Origin: Gemmata obscuriglobus
Lineage (GTDB): Bacteria > Planctomycetota > Planctomycetia > Gemmatales > Gemmataceae
Assembly: GCF_008065095.1 (NCBI RefSeq)
Contig: NZ_CP042911.1
Location: 4,290,001-4,322,000 of the forward strand
DNA length: 32,000 nt
Direction of reading: 5' to 3'
Positions within the stretch are counted from its first letter, which is position 1. Each line of letters begins with the position of its first letter. Below, one piece after another: positions 16,678 to 24,374 of this stretch. Below the pieces are notes generated by a model. That model was not told where the DNA came from. It saw only the letters and a program-made list of their open reading frames with translations, and searched no databases. Position numbers and translations under genes: made by a program.

Positions 16678-17862
16678 GTGAAAGACACACCTGGCAAGCC
16701 GTCCCCTGTCACCGGCACGACGCTGGACGAGCGGATCAAGAACGCCCGCGCGCAGCTCGACGCCCACATCCGAGAAGTCGTCCGCTGGCACTTCTCGCCC
16801 GAAACCGGCACCCCGTTCTGGCTCGAAAAGGCCAAGACGTTCAACTTCAACCCCCTCACCGATGTGGGCGGGTGGGACGATGTCAAAAAGTTCCCCATCT
16901 TCGAGGACGACTGGCTGCGCGGCGGCCCGGTCCGCAAGTGGGTCCCGAAGGGCTACGCCGACCGCGGCGTGTACGTGTTTGAGACGGGGGGGACGACGGG
17001 CCTCCCGAAGTCGCGCATCGTGATCGACGACTTCAAGATCGATTACGAGATGATGTCGGACACGCTCCCCGACCAGTACTTCCCCCGGGGCGGTAACTGG
17101 CTCATGCTCGGGCCGAGCGGCCCGCGCCGGCTGCGGCTGGCGATCGAGCACCTGGCGCAGTACCGCGGGGGGATCTGCTTCTGCGTCGACCTGGACCCGC
17201 GGTACGTGGTGAAGTGCATCAAGGAGCGGAAAATTGCCGAAGCGCAAGCCTACAAGGACCACTGCATCGACCAGGCGCTGACGATTCTGGCCGGTGGCCA
17301 CGACATCAAGTGCATGTTCACCACCCCCAAGCTGCTCGCAGCCCTCGACGAGGCGCTGCGCGGCGGGAAGCTCGAGGAGAAGTACCGGTCGATTGGCAAA
17401 CCGGTGCCGCGCGGCGGCGTGCGGTCCATCAAGCAGGCCGGCATCACGGGCATCTTCTCCGGCGGGACCGAGTTCACCCCGCAGTTCACCCGAGAAGCCT
17501 ACGAGGAGATGCTCGACAACGGCGAGGTGTACATGACTCCGACCTACGGCAACACGCTGATGGGCTTGGCGTGCTCGAAGCCGATCGGGCCGGACGACGG
17601 GTTCAAGATCAGCTACTACGCGCCGCAGCCGCGTGCGGTGATCGAGGTGGTGAACCCGAAGAACTACGACGAGGTGGTGCCTTACGGCGGCACCGGCCGG
17701 GTGCTGCTGTCCACTTTCACCAAGGAGTTCTTCGTGCCCCGGTTCCCCGAGCGCGACGAGGGCGAGCGCGAGAAGCCGTTCGAGAAGTACCCGTGGGACG
17801 GGGTCAGCGGCGTGCGGCCGTTCTCCGAGATCGCCGGCAGCACCGTCGTCGGGGTGTACTGA
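16678..17862 (+). CDS. Divergent ANL-superfamily (PaaK/LuxE-like) adenylate-forming protein, N-terminal domain only
   Basis: GTG start with GGAG 5 nt upstream. It has a P-loop-like FETGGTTGLPK (nt about 16978-17010), TPTYGNTLMG (YGxTE-like) and GGTGRVLLSTF (like GELVLTNL of the 10717 paralogue). The protein ends about 45 aa later, without the GRxDDMxxxRGxNVxP C-terminal domain. Composition is K/F/Y-rich and coding-like, unlike the antisense ORF 16486..17928. Confidence 0.7.
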   Translation: MKDTPGKPSPVTGTTLDERIKNARAQLDAHIREVVRWHFSPETGTPFWLEKAKTFNFNPLTDVGGWDDVKKFPIFEDDWLRGGPVRKWVPKGYADRGVYVFETGGTTGLPKSRIVIDDFKIDYEMMSDTLPDQYFPRGGNWLMLGPSGPRRLRLAIEHLAQYRGGICFCVDLDPRYVVKCIKERKIAEAQAYKDHCIDQALTILAGGHDIKCMFTTPKLLAALDEALRGGKLEEKYRSIGKPVPRGGVRSIKQAGITGIFSGGTEFTPQFTREAYEEMLDNGEVYMTPTYGNTLMGLACSKPIGPDDGFKISYYAPQPRAVIEVVNPKNYDEVVPYGGTGRVLLSTFTKEFFVPRFPERDEGEREKPFEKYPWDGVSGVRPFSEIAGSTVVGVY

Positions 17863-17877
17863 GATCAGGTCTACGGC

Positions 17878-17905
17878 CCGCTCACATGTTTCGAGTTGTG
17901 AGCGG
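17878..17905 (+). terminator. Candidate terminator hairpin (9-bp stem, 10-nt loop)
   Basis: CCGCTCACA (17878-17886) pairs with TGTGAGCGG (17897-17905), starting 16 nt after the stop at 17860-17862. There is no U-tract, so intrinsic termination is uncertain. Confidence 0.35.
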
Positions 17906-18249
17906 CGCCACGCCACTGTGCGATCCAATCGAATCGCGACCCGGATTTTCTAACTCGTCGCTGCTCGAATCAGCAGCGGCAGTACACATTGCTTTGGAGC
18001 CGGTGCGGCCTGCCCTGGCACCCGTCGGCGGTCCTGGACCGCCTGCCCGTCAAGGCTGCCCTTAGAGACGTGCACTACGGCTGATGGCAGCGAGCCTGCG
18101 CGGTAGACCGGTTGATCGGCACCCCAACTGCGCTCATTCGTATGCGCGGTAGCGAGCGACACTCGAAAGCCGGCCGGCTTGAAGCCGCGCCCTTGATGAA
18201 ACACGGCACGGCAGGGGGCGGAGGACTGAACATGGGTGATCGAGCCGCA

Positions 18250-18278
18250 TTGACTCTGTTGCCACACGCGTGATAATA
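18250..18278 (+). promoter_or_regulatory. Consensus-like sigma70 promoter of the metal-efflux operon, with a palindromic spacer
   Basis: TTGACT (18250-18255), a 16/17-nt spacer, then GATAAT/ATAATA (18272-18278). It sits in an unusually AT-rich patch 33 nt upstream of ATG 18311 (Shine-Dalgarno AAGGGG at 18300-18305). The spacer contains the 8-bp palindrome CACGCGTG (18265-18272). Confidence 0.4.
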
Positions 18279-18310
18279 GCGTTACTGTTTGACACGCAAA
18301 AAGGGGCGAA

Positions 18311-18766
18311 ATGCTGGTGCGGTTGCTGCTCGTGGTGCTGATGACGTTGGGGGGTACGCCCTTCCGCATTTGCACCTGCGCGAACGCCGCAAAACCAGTT
18401 CAGCCAGCGGATCACTCCGCTCCCGACTCCGACCCGGACGCAGAACTGTGTGGCTGCGGGCACCACGCGCCGACAACCGACCCGTCGGCGTCGCCCGGCG
18501 GCGCAAAATCGCAAACCGGTGAGTCGGATCGCCATTCTCACCCCGAACGGCACGAACGCGACTGTCCTTCGGTTCGTCCGCCTCTGGTCTCTTCGGCGAC
18601 CGCACAGGTATCTGCGTCGCTGGGGCCAGATGTTAGCTCGGCAGAGGTGATCGCGCCGTTTGAGCCGGTAACAGCCGGTCGCGTTTCCTTGGGCGTGGCC
18701 GTCAGCAGGTCCCATTTCACCTCTCACGTTCCCCTATTCCTTTCGCTCTGCACCCTCCGGAACTAG
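18311..18766 (+). CDS. Small Cys/His-rich exported protein of unknown function, first gene of the HME-RND operon
   Basis: 151 aa. The hydrophobic N-terminus MLVRLLLVVLMTLGG is followed by CTC (C21, C23), CGCGHH (C47, C49, H51, H52) and HSHPERHERDC (H75, H77, H81, C85). It has its own promoter-like and SD-like signals and lies on the same strand 113 nt upstream of the MFP gene. Confidence 0.6.
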   Translation: MLVRLLLVVLMTLGGTPFRICTCANAAKPVQPADHSAPDSDPDAELCGCGHHAPTTDPSASPGGAKSQTGESDRHSHPERHERDCPSVRPPLVSSATAQVSASLGPDVSSAEVIAPFEPVTAGRVSLGVAVSRSHFTSHVPLFLSLCTLRN

Positions 18767-18878
18767 GCACCCGACCGCGCGGTTGTTCGTCGGCCCGCGG
18801 TTTCCCGCGCCTGGTCGACTCTTCCTTATTTCTCTGATGGCCCGCGCCGTGTGGCGTGGGTGCGTTTACGGGTGCGCC

Positions 18879-20324
18879 ATGAACCTGCGCAGATTCGTTT
18901 CGCTGGTGGTCGTGCTGACCGTTCTCGGTGCGGGCGGGTACACCGCGTATCGCACCCGGGAACGGTGGGTGCCGCACGTGTTCCCGGCCGGACCCGCGGC
19001 AAAGGCAGACGGGCACGGCGGACACGGTGAAAGGAAGGGGGGCGCGGACGCCCACGCCGGGCACGATCACGCCGGTCACGACCACGGCGCCCGCGACGAT
19101 CGTGTGAAGTTGTCCCCGCAGGCGCAACGGAACCTTGCGCTCGACGTGGACCAACTTACCCCCCAGGAATACTGGCGGACGATGATGGTGCCGGGGATCG
19201 TCGTGGACCGCCCCGGCGAGAGCGACCGAGGGGTCACCACCAAGGTCGCGGGCGTGGTGACGGCGATCACCGCCCGCCCCGGCGATACGGTGAAGGCCGG
19301 GCAACCGCTGTTCTCCCTGCAGCTCGCCAGCGAGTTCCTTCAGGGCGCGCAGGCGGACCTGTCCAAGACCGCCAAGGAGATTGAGTTCGCACTCGCCGAG
19401 CGGGACCGGGTCGCCAACCTCGTCAAGCAAGGCACGACATCGGAAGCCGAGCTGATTAAGCAGCAGAACGCGGTGAGTCGGCTGAACACGCAACTGGAGA
19501 CGGGCCGCCGTCAGCTCCAGGTGTTCGGGCTCACGCAGGCGCAGGTGGACGAGGTCCAGAAGGGCAAAATCGTGACCGAGGTGACGGTGGCCGTCCCCGG
19601 CCGGTCGCCGCAACCCGCGCCCGCCGCGGGAGCGATCGCGGAACCGCTGTACGAGGTGCAAGAACTCAAGGTGTCGCTCGGCGAGCAGGTACAGGCCGGC
19701 CAGACGCTCTGCCTGCTCGCGAATCACCAGCGGCTGTTCGTTGAGGGGCAGGCGTTCAAGTCCGAGGCCGATGCTCTAGCTGCCGCGGCCGAGAACCGGA
19801 CGCCGATCCGGGCCGAGTTCTCCGACGAGGCGCCCGGCGCGTGGGCCGCGCAGGGGCCGCTCACCGTCCATCACCTGTCCAACCAGGTTGACCCGGCCGC
19901 CCGCACGTTCGCCTTCTACCTGCCGCTCGACAACCAGTCCCGCACGTTCGAGCGCGACGGCCGCACGTACTACGTCTGGCGGTACCGGCCAGGCCAGCGG
20001 GTGCGGCTGCGGTTGCCGGTGGAGAAGCTCGTTACACTCGCCCCGAACGGCCGCACCGAACTCCTGCCGTTCGTGCTCCCGGCCGGGGCCGTCGTCCGCG
20101 AGGGCGCGGAGGCGTACCTGTTCGTGCAGAACGGGGACATGTTCATACGCAAGCCCGTGCGGGTGCTGTACGAGGACCGCCGGGAGGTCGTTGTCGCGAG
20201 CGACGGGAGCGTGAGCGAGGCCGATTTCGTGGTGCGGAACCAGGCGGCCGCGCTCAATCGTGCCCTCAAGGCGGCTGCCGCGGGCGCGGGCGCCGACCCC
20301 CACGCCGGGCACTCACACGACTAA
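18879..20324 (+). CDS. Efflux RND periplasmic adaptor (membrane fusion protein), CusB/CzcB-like, with His-rich termini
   Basis: TM anchor MNLRRFVSLVVVLTVLGAGGY. His-rich tract HGGHGERKGGADAHAGHDHAGHDHG. Lipoyl/hairpin core (VAGVVTAITARPGDTVKAGQPLFSLQ ... coiled-coil ... LYEVQELKVSLGEQVQAGQTLCLL). C-terminal ADPHAGHSHD. I chose the ATG at 18879 over the track start at 18783. Confidence 0.9.
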   Translation: MNLRRFVSLVVVLTVLGAGGYTAYRTRERWVPHVFPAGPAAKADGHGGHGERKGGADAHAGHDHAGHDHGARDDRVKLSPQAQRNLALDVDQLTPQEYWRTMMVPGIVVDRPGESDRGVTTKVAGVVTAITARPGDTVKAGQPLFSLQLASEFLQGAQADLSKTAKEIEFALAERDRVANLVKQGTTSEAELIKQQNAVSRLNTQLETGRRQLQVFGLTQAQVDEVQKGKIVTEVTVAVPGRSPQPAPAAGAIAEPLYEVQELKVSLGEQVQAGQTLCLLANHQRLFVEGQAFKSEADALAAAAENRTPIRAEFSDEAPGAWAAQGPLTVHHLSNQVDPAARTFAFYLPLDNQSRTFERDGRTYYVWRYRPGQRVRLRLPVEKLVTLAPNGRTELLPFVLPAGAVVREGAEAYLFVQNGDMFIRKPVRVLYEDRREVVVASDGSVSEADFVVRNQAAALNRALKAAAAGAGADPHAGHSHD

Positions 20325-20336
20325 CCGGAGGCCGCG

Positions 20337-23300
20337 GTGCTCAACGCCGTTATCAAGCTGTCGCTCCGCCACCGCCCGCTCGTCGTGGTGCTGTGTCTGG
20401 TTGCCCTTCTGTACGGGGGCTACCTGGGGACCGTCACGCCGATCGACGTGTTCCCGGACCTGGACCGGCCCCGCGTCACCGTCATGACCGAGGTGCCGGG
20501 GCTCGCGCCGGAAGAGGTGGAGACGCTCGTCACCTACCCGCTCGAGTCCGCGATGCTCGGCGCCACCGGCGTACAAGACGTGCGCACCCAGTCGGGATTC
20601 GGGCTGTCGGTGGTGACGGTCGAGTTCGCCTGGGGCACCGACATCAAGACCGCCCGCCAAACGGTGCAGGAGCGGCTCGCGACGGTGACCGGCGACATGC
20701 CGGAGGGCGTGAAGCCCCAGATGGCCCCGATCAGTTCGATCATGGGGCAGTTCCTGATCGCCGGGATGCGCCGCCAGCCGGGGCCGAACGGCGGCGATCT
20801 GGTCCAGGTGCCGGATTCGCCGCTGTATGCCGAACGAGTTGCCAAGGGGGACGGGCCGCCCGACCTGTTTGCGTGGAAGGTGACCGATCGGAAGAACCTG
20901 GCCGCCTGGGAGTCCGTTCCGGTGACCGGGGCGCGGTGGGGGGAGCGCGCGGCCGATGGCGAGCAACGCGCGCGGGCCACGGTCGGCGGGCGGTATTACG
21001 AGGTGACCTTCCCGTCCGAGACGCAGCGGGCGCTGGCGCTTCGCACGCTCGCGGACTGGGTGGTACGGCCCCGGCTGCTCAAGGTGTCCGGCGTGGCCCA
21101 GGTCATCACGATGGGCGGCGGCCGGAAGCAGTACCAGGTGCTTGTGGACCCGGCGTCGTTACAGAAAAACGGCGTCACGCTCCGGGACGTGGACGTGGCG
21201 CTACGCGCGAATAACGTCAACTTTACCGGCGGGTTCGCCGACCTTGGCGGCGTGGAGCAACCGGTGCGGGTGATCGGCCGGCTCGGGCCGCGGCCCGAAC
21301 AGGTGGTCGCCGACCTGCGGCTGATCGTCGTCAAACCGCCGGCGAAGCCGGAGCCGGGCAAGGGACCCGATCGCGCGGTGCTGCTCAAAGACGTGGCCCG
21401 GGTGGTCGAAGGGGCGCAGATCAAGCGCGGCGACTCCAGCATCAACGGGCACCCCGGGGTCGCGATCACGGTCACCAAACAGCCCCACACCGACACCCGC
21501 GAGTTGAGCGACCGGGTCAAGGCGGCGTTCGCCGGAGTGGAGCCGTCGCTGCCGGCCGACGTGGTGCTGGAGCCCGGGCTGTACGAGCTGCGCGAGTTCA
21601 TCGACCGCGGCGTTTACAACGTCGGCGAGGCGCTGGTCATCGGCGCGGCTCTGGTGCTCGTCGTGCTGTTCCTGTTCCTGCTGAACTTCCGCACCACGTT
21701 CATTTCGCTGTCGGCGATTCCGCTGTCGCTGGTCATCACCGTTTTAGTGTTCAAACTGCTCGGCGCGCTGACCGGCACCGAACTGTCCATCAACGTGATG
21801 ACCCTGGGCGGCATCGCCGTGGCGATGGGCGAACTGGTGGACGACGCCATCGTGGACGTGGAGAACATTTACCGCCGGCTCCGCGAGAACGCCCACGCGC
21901 CCGACCCGAAGCCCGCGCTGCGGGTGGTGTACGAGGCCAGCGCCGAGATCCGCTCATCGATCGTGTTCGGCACGGCCGTCGTGATTCTGGTGTTCCTGCC
22001 GCTGTTCGCCCTGTCCGGGGTTGAGGGCCGGCTGTTCACCCCGCTCGGCGTCGCCTACATCGTGTCGATCCTGGCTTCGCTGGTCGTCTCGCTGACGGTG
22101 ACGCCGGTCCTGTCGTACTACCTTCTGGCGCACTCGAAAGCCGTCCACGCGGAAACCGACGGGCTGCTGGTGCGGCTGCTGAAGTGGGGGGCGGCGGGGC
22201 TCGTCCGCCTGAGTATGCGTCGGGCCGCGCTGCTGCTGCTGTTCACGTGGCTGATGGTCGCGTACTGCGGGTGGCGGGTGACCACACTGGGGGCCGACTT
22301 CTTGCCGCCGTTCGACGAGGGCACCGTGCAGGTGGGGGTCACGCTCCCGCCCGGCTCGTCGCTCGAGGCGTCCAACGCCGTGGCCAAACTGGTGGACGGC
22401 AAACTGCGCTCGATGCAGAAGTCGGGCGCCCGGCCCGACGGGGAGGTGCTGGTGTTCTTCCGCCGCACCGGCCGCGCGGAGCTGGACGAGCACGCCGAGC
22501 CGCCGAACGTGAACGAGTACTTCGTCGCCATCAACCCGGCGTCCGGCAAGTCCCGCAAAGAGGTCATTGCCCTGCTTCAGAGCGAGGTGAAGGAGGAGGT
22601 GCCCGGGGTGGACGTGGAGGTGGAGCAGCCGCTCGCCCACCTGATCAGCCACATGATCTCCGGCAGCACGGCCCAGATCGCGATCAAGGTGTACGGCGAC
22701 GACCTCGACACGCTGGAAAAGCTGGCGAACGCGATCAAGGCGTCGGTCGGCGGCATCCCGGGCATCAGCTCGCTGGCGGTGGAGCCGATCCGCAAGGTGG
22801 ACGAGATCCACATCAAACTCGACCCCGAGTCGCTCGCTTTTTACGGCGTGGACCGGGCGTACGTCGGCGCGTTCGTCCAAACCGCACTCAACGGCGAGGT
22901 GGTGTCGCAGGTGGTCGAGGGGCAGCGCCGGTTCGACCTGGTGGTGCGGCTGGACGAGCCGTACCGGGCCGATGTGGGCAACTTGAAGGAGCTGCGGCTG
23001 GATCTGCCCAACGGGGGCGGTCAGGTCCGACTCAAAGATCTGGCCGACGTGACGCCGCTGACTGGCGGGGACAGCGGCGCGAACCAGGTGAAGCGCGAGA
23101 ACGTGCGCCGCCGGATCGTAATCCGGTGCAACGCCGCCGGGCGCGACCTCGCCTCCGTGGTCGGGGACATCGAGCGGGTGGTGCGGTCCGACGTGCCGAT
23201 GCCGGAGGGGTATTTCGTCGAGTACGGCGGGCAGTTCGAGAGCCAGAAGCGGGCCACCCGGCTGATCGCGGCGCTGGCCGCCCTGTCGGTGGTGGGCATG

Positions 23301-23882
23301 TTCTTCGTGCTGTACATGCTGTTCCCGTCCCCGCGGGTCGTGTTGCAGATCTTGAACGCGGTGCCGGCTGCGTTCATCGGCGGGGTGCTCGCGCTGGTCG
23401 TGACCGGGCAGACGCTGACGGTCGCGAGCCTGGTCGGGTTCATCTCGCTGGGCGGGATCGCGGCCCGCAACGGCATCCTGCTGGTCAACCACTACCTGCA
23501 CCTGATGCGGCACGAAGGCGAGGGGTTCACCGAGCACATGATCCTGCGCGGCAGCCTGGAGCGGCTGTCGCCGGTGCTGATGACGGCGCTCACCGCGGGC
23601 ATCGGGCTGATCCCGCTTGTGGTCGCCGGTCAGCAGCCGGGACGCGAGATTCTGTATCCGGTCGCGACGGTGATCCTCGGCGGCCTCATCACCAGCACGT
23701 TCTGCGAGTTCCTGCTGCGGCCCGGGCTGTTTTGGCGGTTCAGCGGCGGCGACGCGGTGCGGCTCGCCGGGAACGAATCGGACGCCGACGGGCTGGACGA
23801 CCCGCCCGCCGCGTCACACGAACCACACCCGCCGCACGGTGCGGCGGGGGCAGTGAGCGCGGCCGCCCCGCAGGGGCCGTGA
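20337..23882 (+). CDS. CusA/CzcA-family heavy-metal efflux RND transporter (1181 aa, with extra periplasmic insertion and C-terminal tail)
   Basis: The N-terminus reads MLNAVIKLSLRHRPLVVVLCLVALLYGGYLGTVTPIDVFPDLDRPRVTVMTEVPGLAPEEVETLVTYPLE. The TM4 motif is TLGGIAVAMGELVDDAIVDVENIYRRL (closer to the CusA-type [20 protein letters not shown] than to CzcA DFGIIVDGA). The topology is 12-TM HME-RND. GTG start with GGAGG 5 nt upstream. Confidence 0.93.
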   Translation: MLNAVIKLSLRHRPLVVVLCLVALLYGGYLGTVTPIDVFPDLDRPRVTVMTEVPGLAPEEVETLVTYPLESAMLGATGVQDVRTQSGFGLSVVTVEFAWGTDIKTARQTVQERLATVTGDMPEGVKPQMAPISSIMGQFLIAGMRRQPGPNGGDLVQVPDSPLYAERVAKGDGPPDLFAWKVTDRKNLAAWESVPVTGARWGERAADGEQRARATVGGRYYEVTFPSETQRALALRTLADWVVRPRLLKVSGVAQVITMGGGRKQYQVLVDPASLQKNGVTLRDVDVALRANNVNFTGGFADLGGVEQPVRVIGRLGPRPEQVVADLRLIVVKPPAKPEPGKGPDRAVLLKDVARVVEGAQIKRGDSSINGHPGVAITVTKQPHTDTRELSDRVKAAFAGVEPSLPADVVLEPGLYELREFIDRGVYNVGEALVIGAALVLVVLFLFLLNFRTTFISLSAIPLSLVITVLVFKLLGALTGTELSINVMTLGGIAVAMGELVDDAIVDVENIYRRLRENAHAPDPKPALRVVYEASAEIRSSIVFGTAVVILVFLPLFALSGVEGRLFTPLGVAYIVSILASLVVSLTVTPVLSYYLLAHSKAVHAETDGLLVRLLKWGAAGLVRLSMRRAALLLLFTWLMVAYCGWRVTTLGADFLPPFDEGTVQVGVTLPPGSSLEASNAVAKLVDGKLRSMQKSGARPDGEVLVFFRRTGRAELDEHAEPPNVNEYFVAINPASGKSRKEVIALLQSEVKEEVPGVDVEVEQPLAHLISHMISGSTAQIAIKVYGDDLDTLEKLANAIKASVGGIPGISSLAVEPIRKVDEIHIKLDPESLAFYGVDRAYVGAFVQTALNGEVVSQVVEGQRRFDLVVRLDEPYRADVGNLKELRLDLPNGGGQVRLKDLADVTPLTGGDSGANQVKRENVRRRIVIRCNAAGRDLASVVGDIERVVRSDVPMPEGYFVEYGGQFESQKRATRLIAALAALSVVGMFFVLYMLFPSPRVVLQILNAVPAAFIGGVLALVVTGQTLTVASLVGFISLGGIAARNGILLVNHYLHLMRHEGEGFTEHMILRGSLERLSPVLMTALTAGIGLIPLVVAGQQPGREILYPVATVILGGLITSTFCEFLLRPGLFWRFSGGDAVRLAGNESDADGLDDPPAASHEPHPPHGAAGAVSAAAPQGP

Positions 23883-23914
23883 CGACGGTGTTTCTCGACT
23901 AGGAGGGCGACGAG

Positions 23915-24346
23915 ATGCGCACGATGTTCGGGTTGGGGCTGGCGGCGGTGCTCGGGCTGGCGTTCGGCGGTGTGAGCCGGGCCGAGGACGAGGTCGGCCC
24001 GCACAAGGGGCCGGTCGTGGAGTGGGGCGACGAGGAGTTCCACCTGGAGGTCGTTGCCGACGCCAAGACGGGCGACGTGACGGTGTACGTGTACGGCAAC
24101 CACAACGACCTTCACAAGGGCCGGGCCATGCCGATCGATGCCAAGGCGCTGACGCTCGCGCTAAAGACCACCGAGCCGGCCACGACGGTCAAGCTGGAGG
24201 CCAAGCCGGCCAAGGACGACCCCAAGGGGCAGTCGTCGGTGTTCACGGGTAAGAGTGACGCCTTCAAGACCGACAAAAAGCTGGTGGGCACCATCAGCGG
24301 CAAGGTCGGCACGAAGCCGTACTCCGGTGACTTCAAGCAGAAGTAA
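23915..24346 (+). CDS. Small secreted protein of unknown function, last gene of the HME-RND operon
   Basis: 143 aa. Strong SD AGGAGG (23901-23906) 8 nt upstream of the ATG. Signal peptide MRTMFGLGLAAVLGLAFGGVSRA. The mature part is beta-rich with GPHKGPVVEWGDEEFHLEVVADAKTGDVTVYVYGNHNDLHKG. The gene starts 32 nt after the pump stop. Confidence 0.75.
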   Translation: MRTMFGLGLAAVLGLAFGGVSRAEDEVGPHKGPVVEWGDEEFHLEVVADAKTGDVTVYVYGNHNDLHKGRAMPIDAKALTLALKTTEPATTVKLEAKPAKDDPKGQSSVFTGKSDAFKTDKKLVGTISGKVGTKPYSGDFKQK

Positions 24347-24374
24347 TCCGGTGCGTGAACCACCCGCCCCGGCG

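Noticed and set aside
16486-17928. 480-aa - strand ORF fully overlapping the 16678..17862 gene
   Set aside because: I compared both strands. The + frame has ANL motifs, balanced K/F/Y/E content and a GGAG ribosome-binding site. The - frame is R/H/V/L/A-rich with no motif.
17950-18727. Minus-strand ORFs (141 aa, 197 aa, 107 aa) in and around the gap upstream of the metal operon, as a possible divergent regulator
   Set aside because: There is no HTH or metal-sensor motif. The products are R/C/G-rich, and they overlap the better-supported + strand Cys/His-rich gene and its promoter.
21954-23902. 527-aa - strand ORF and 572-aa + off-frame ORF within the RND pump gene
   Set aside because: The pump frame is unambiguous, with 12 TM segments and HME motifs. 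The others are R/G/H/P-rich artefacts.
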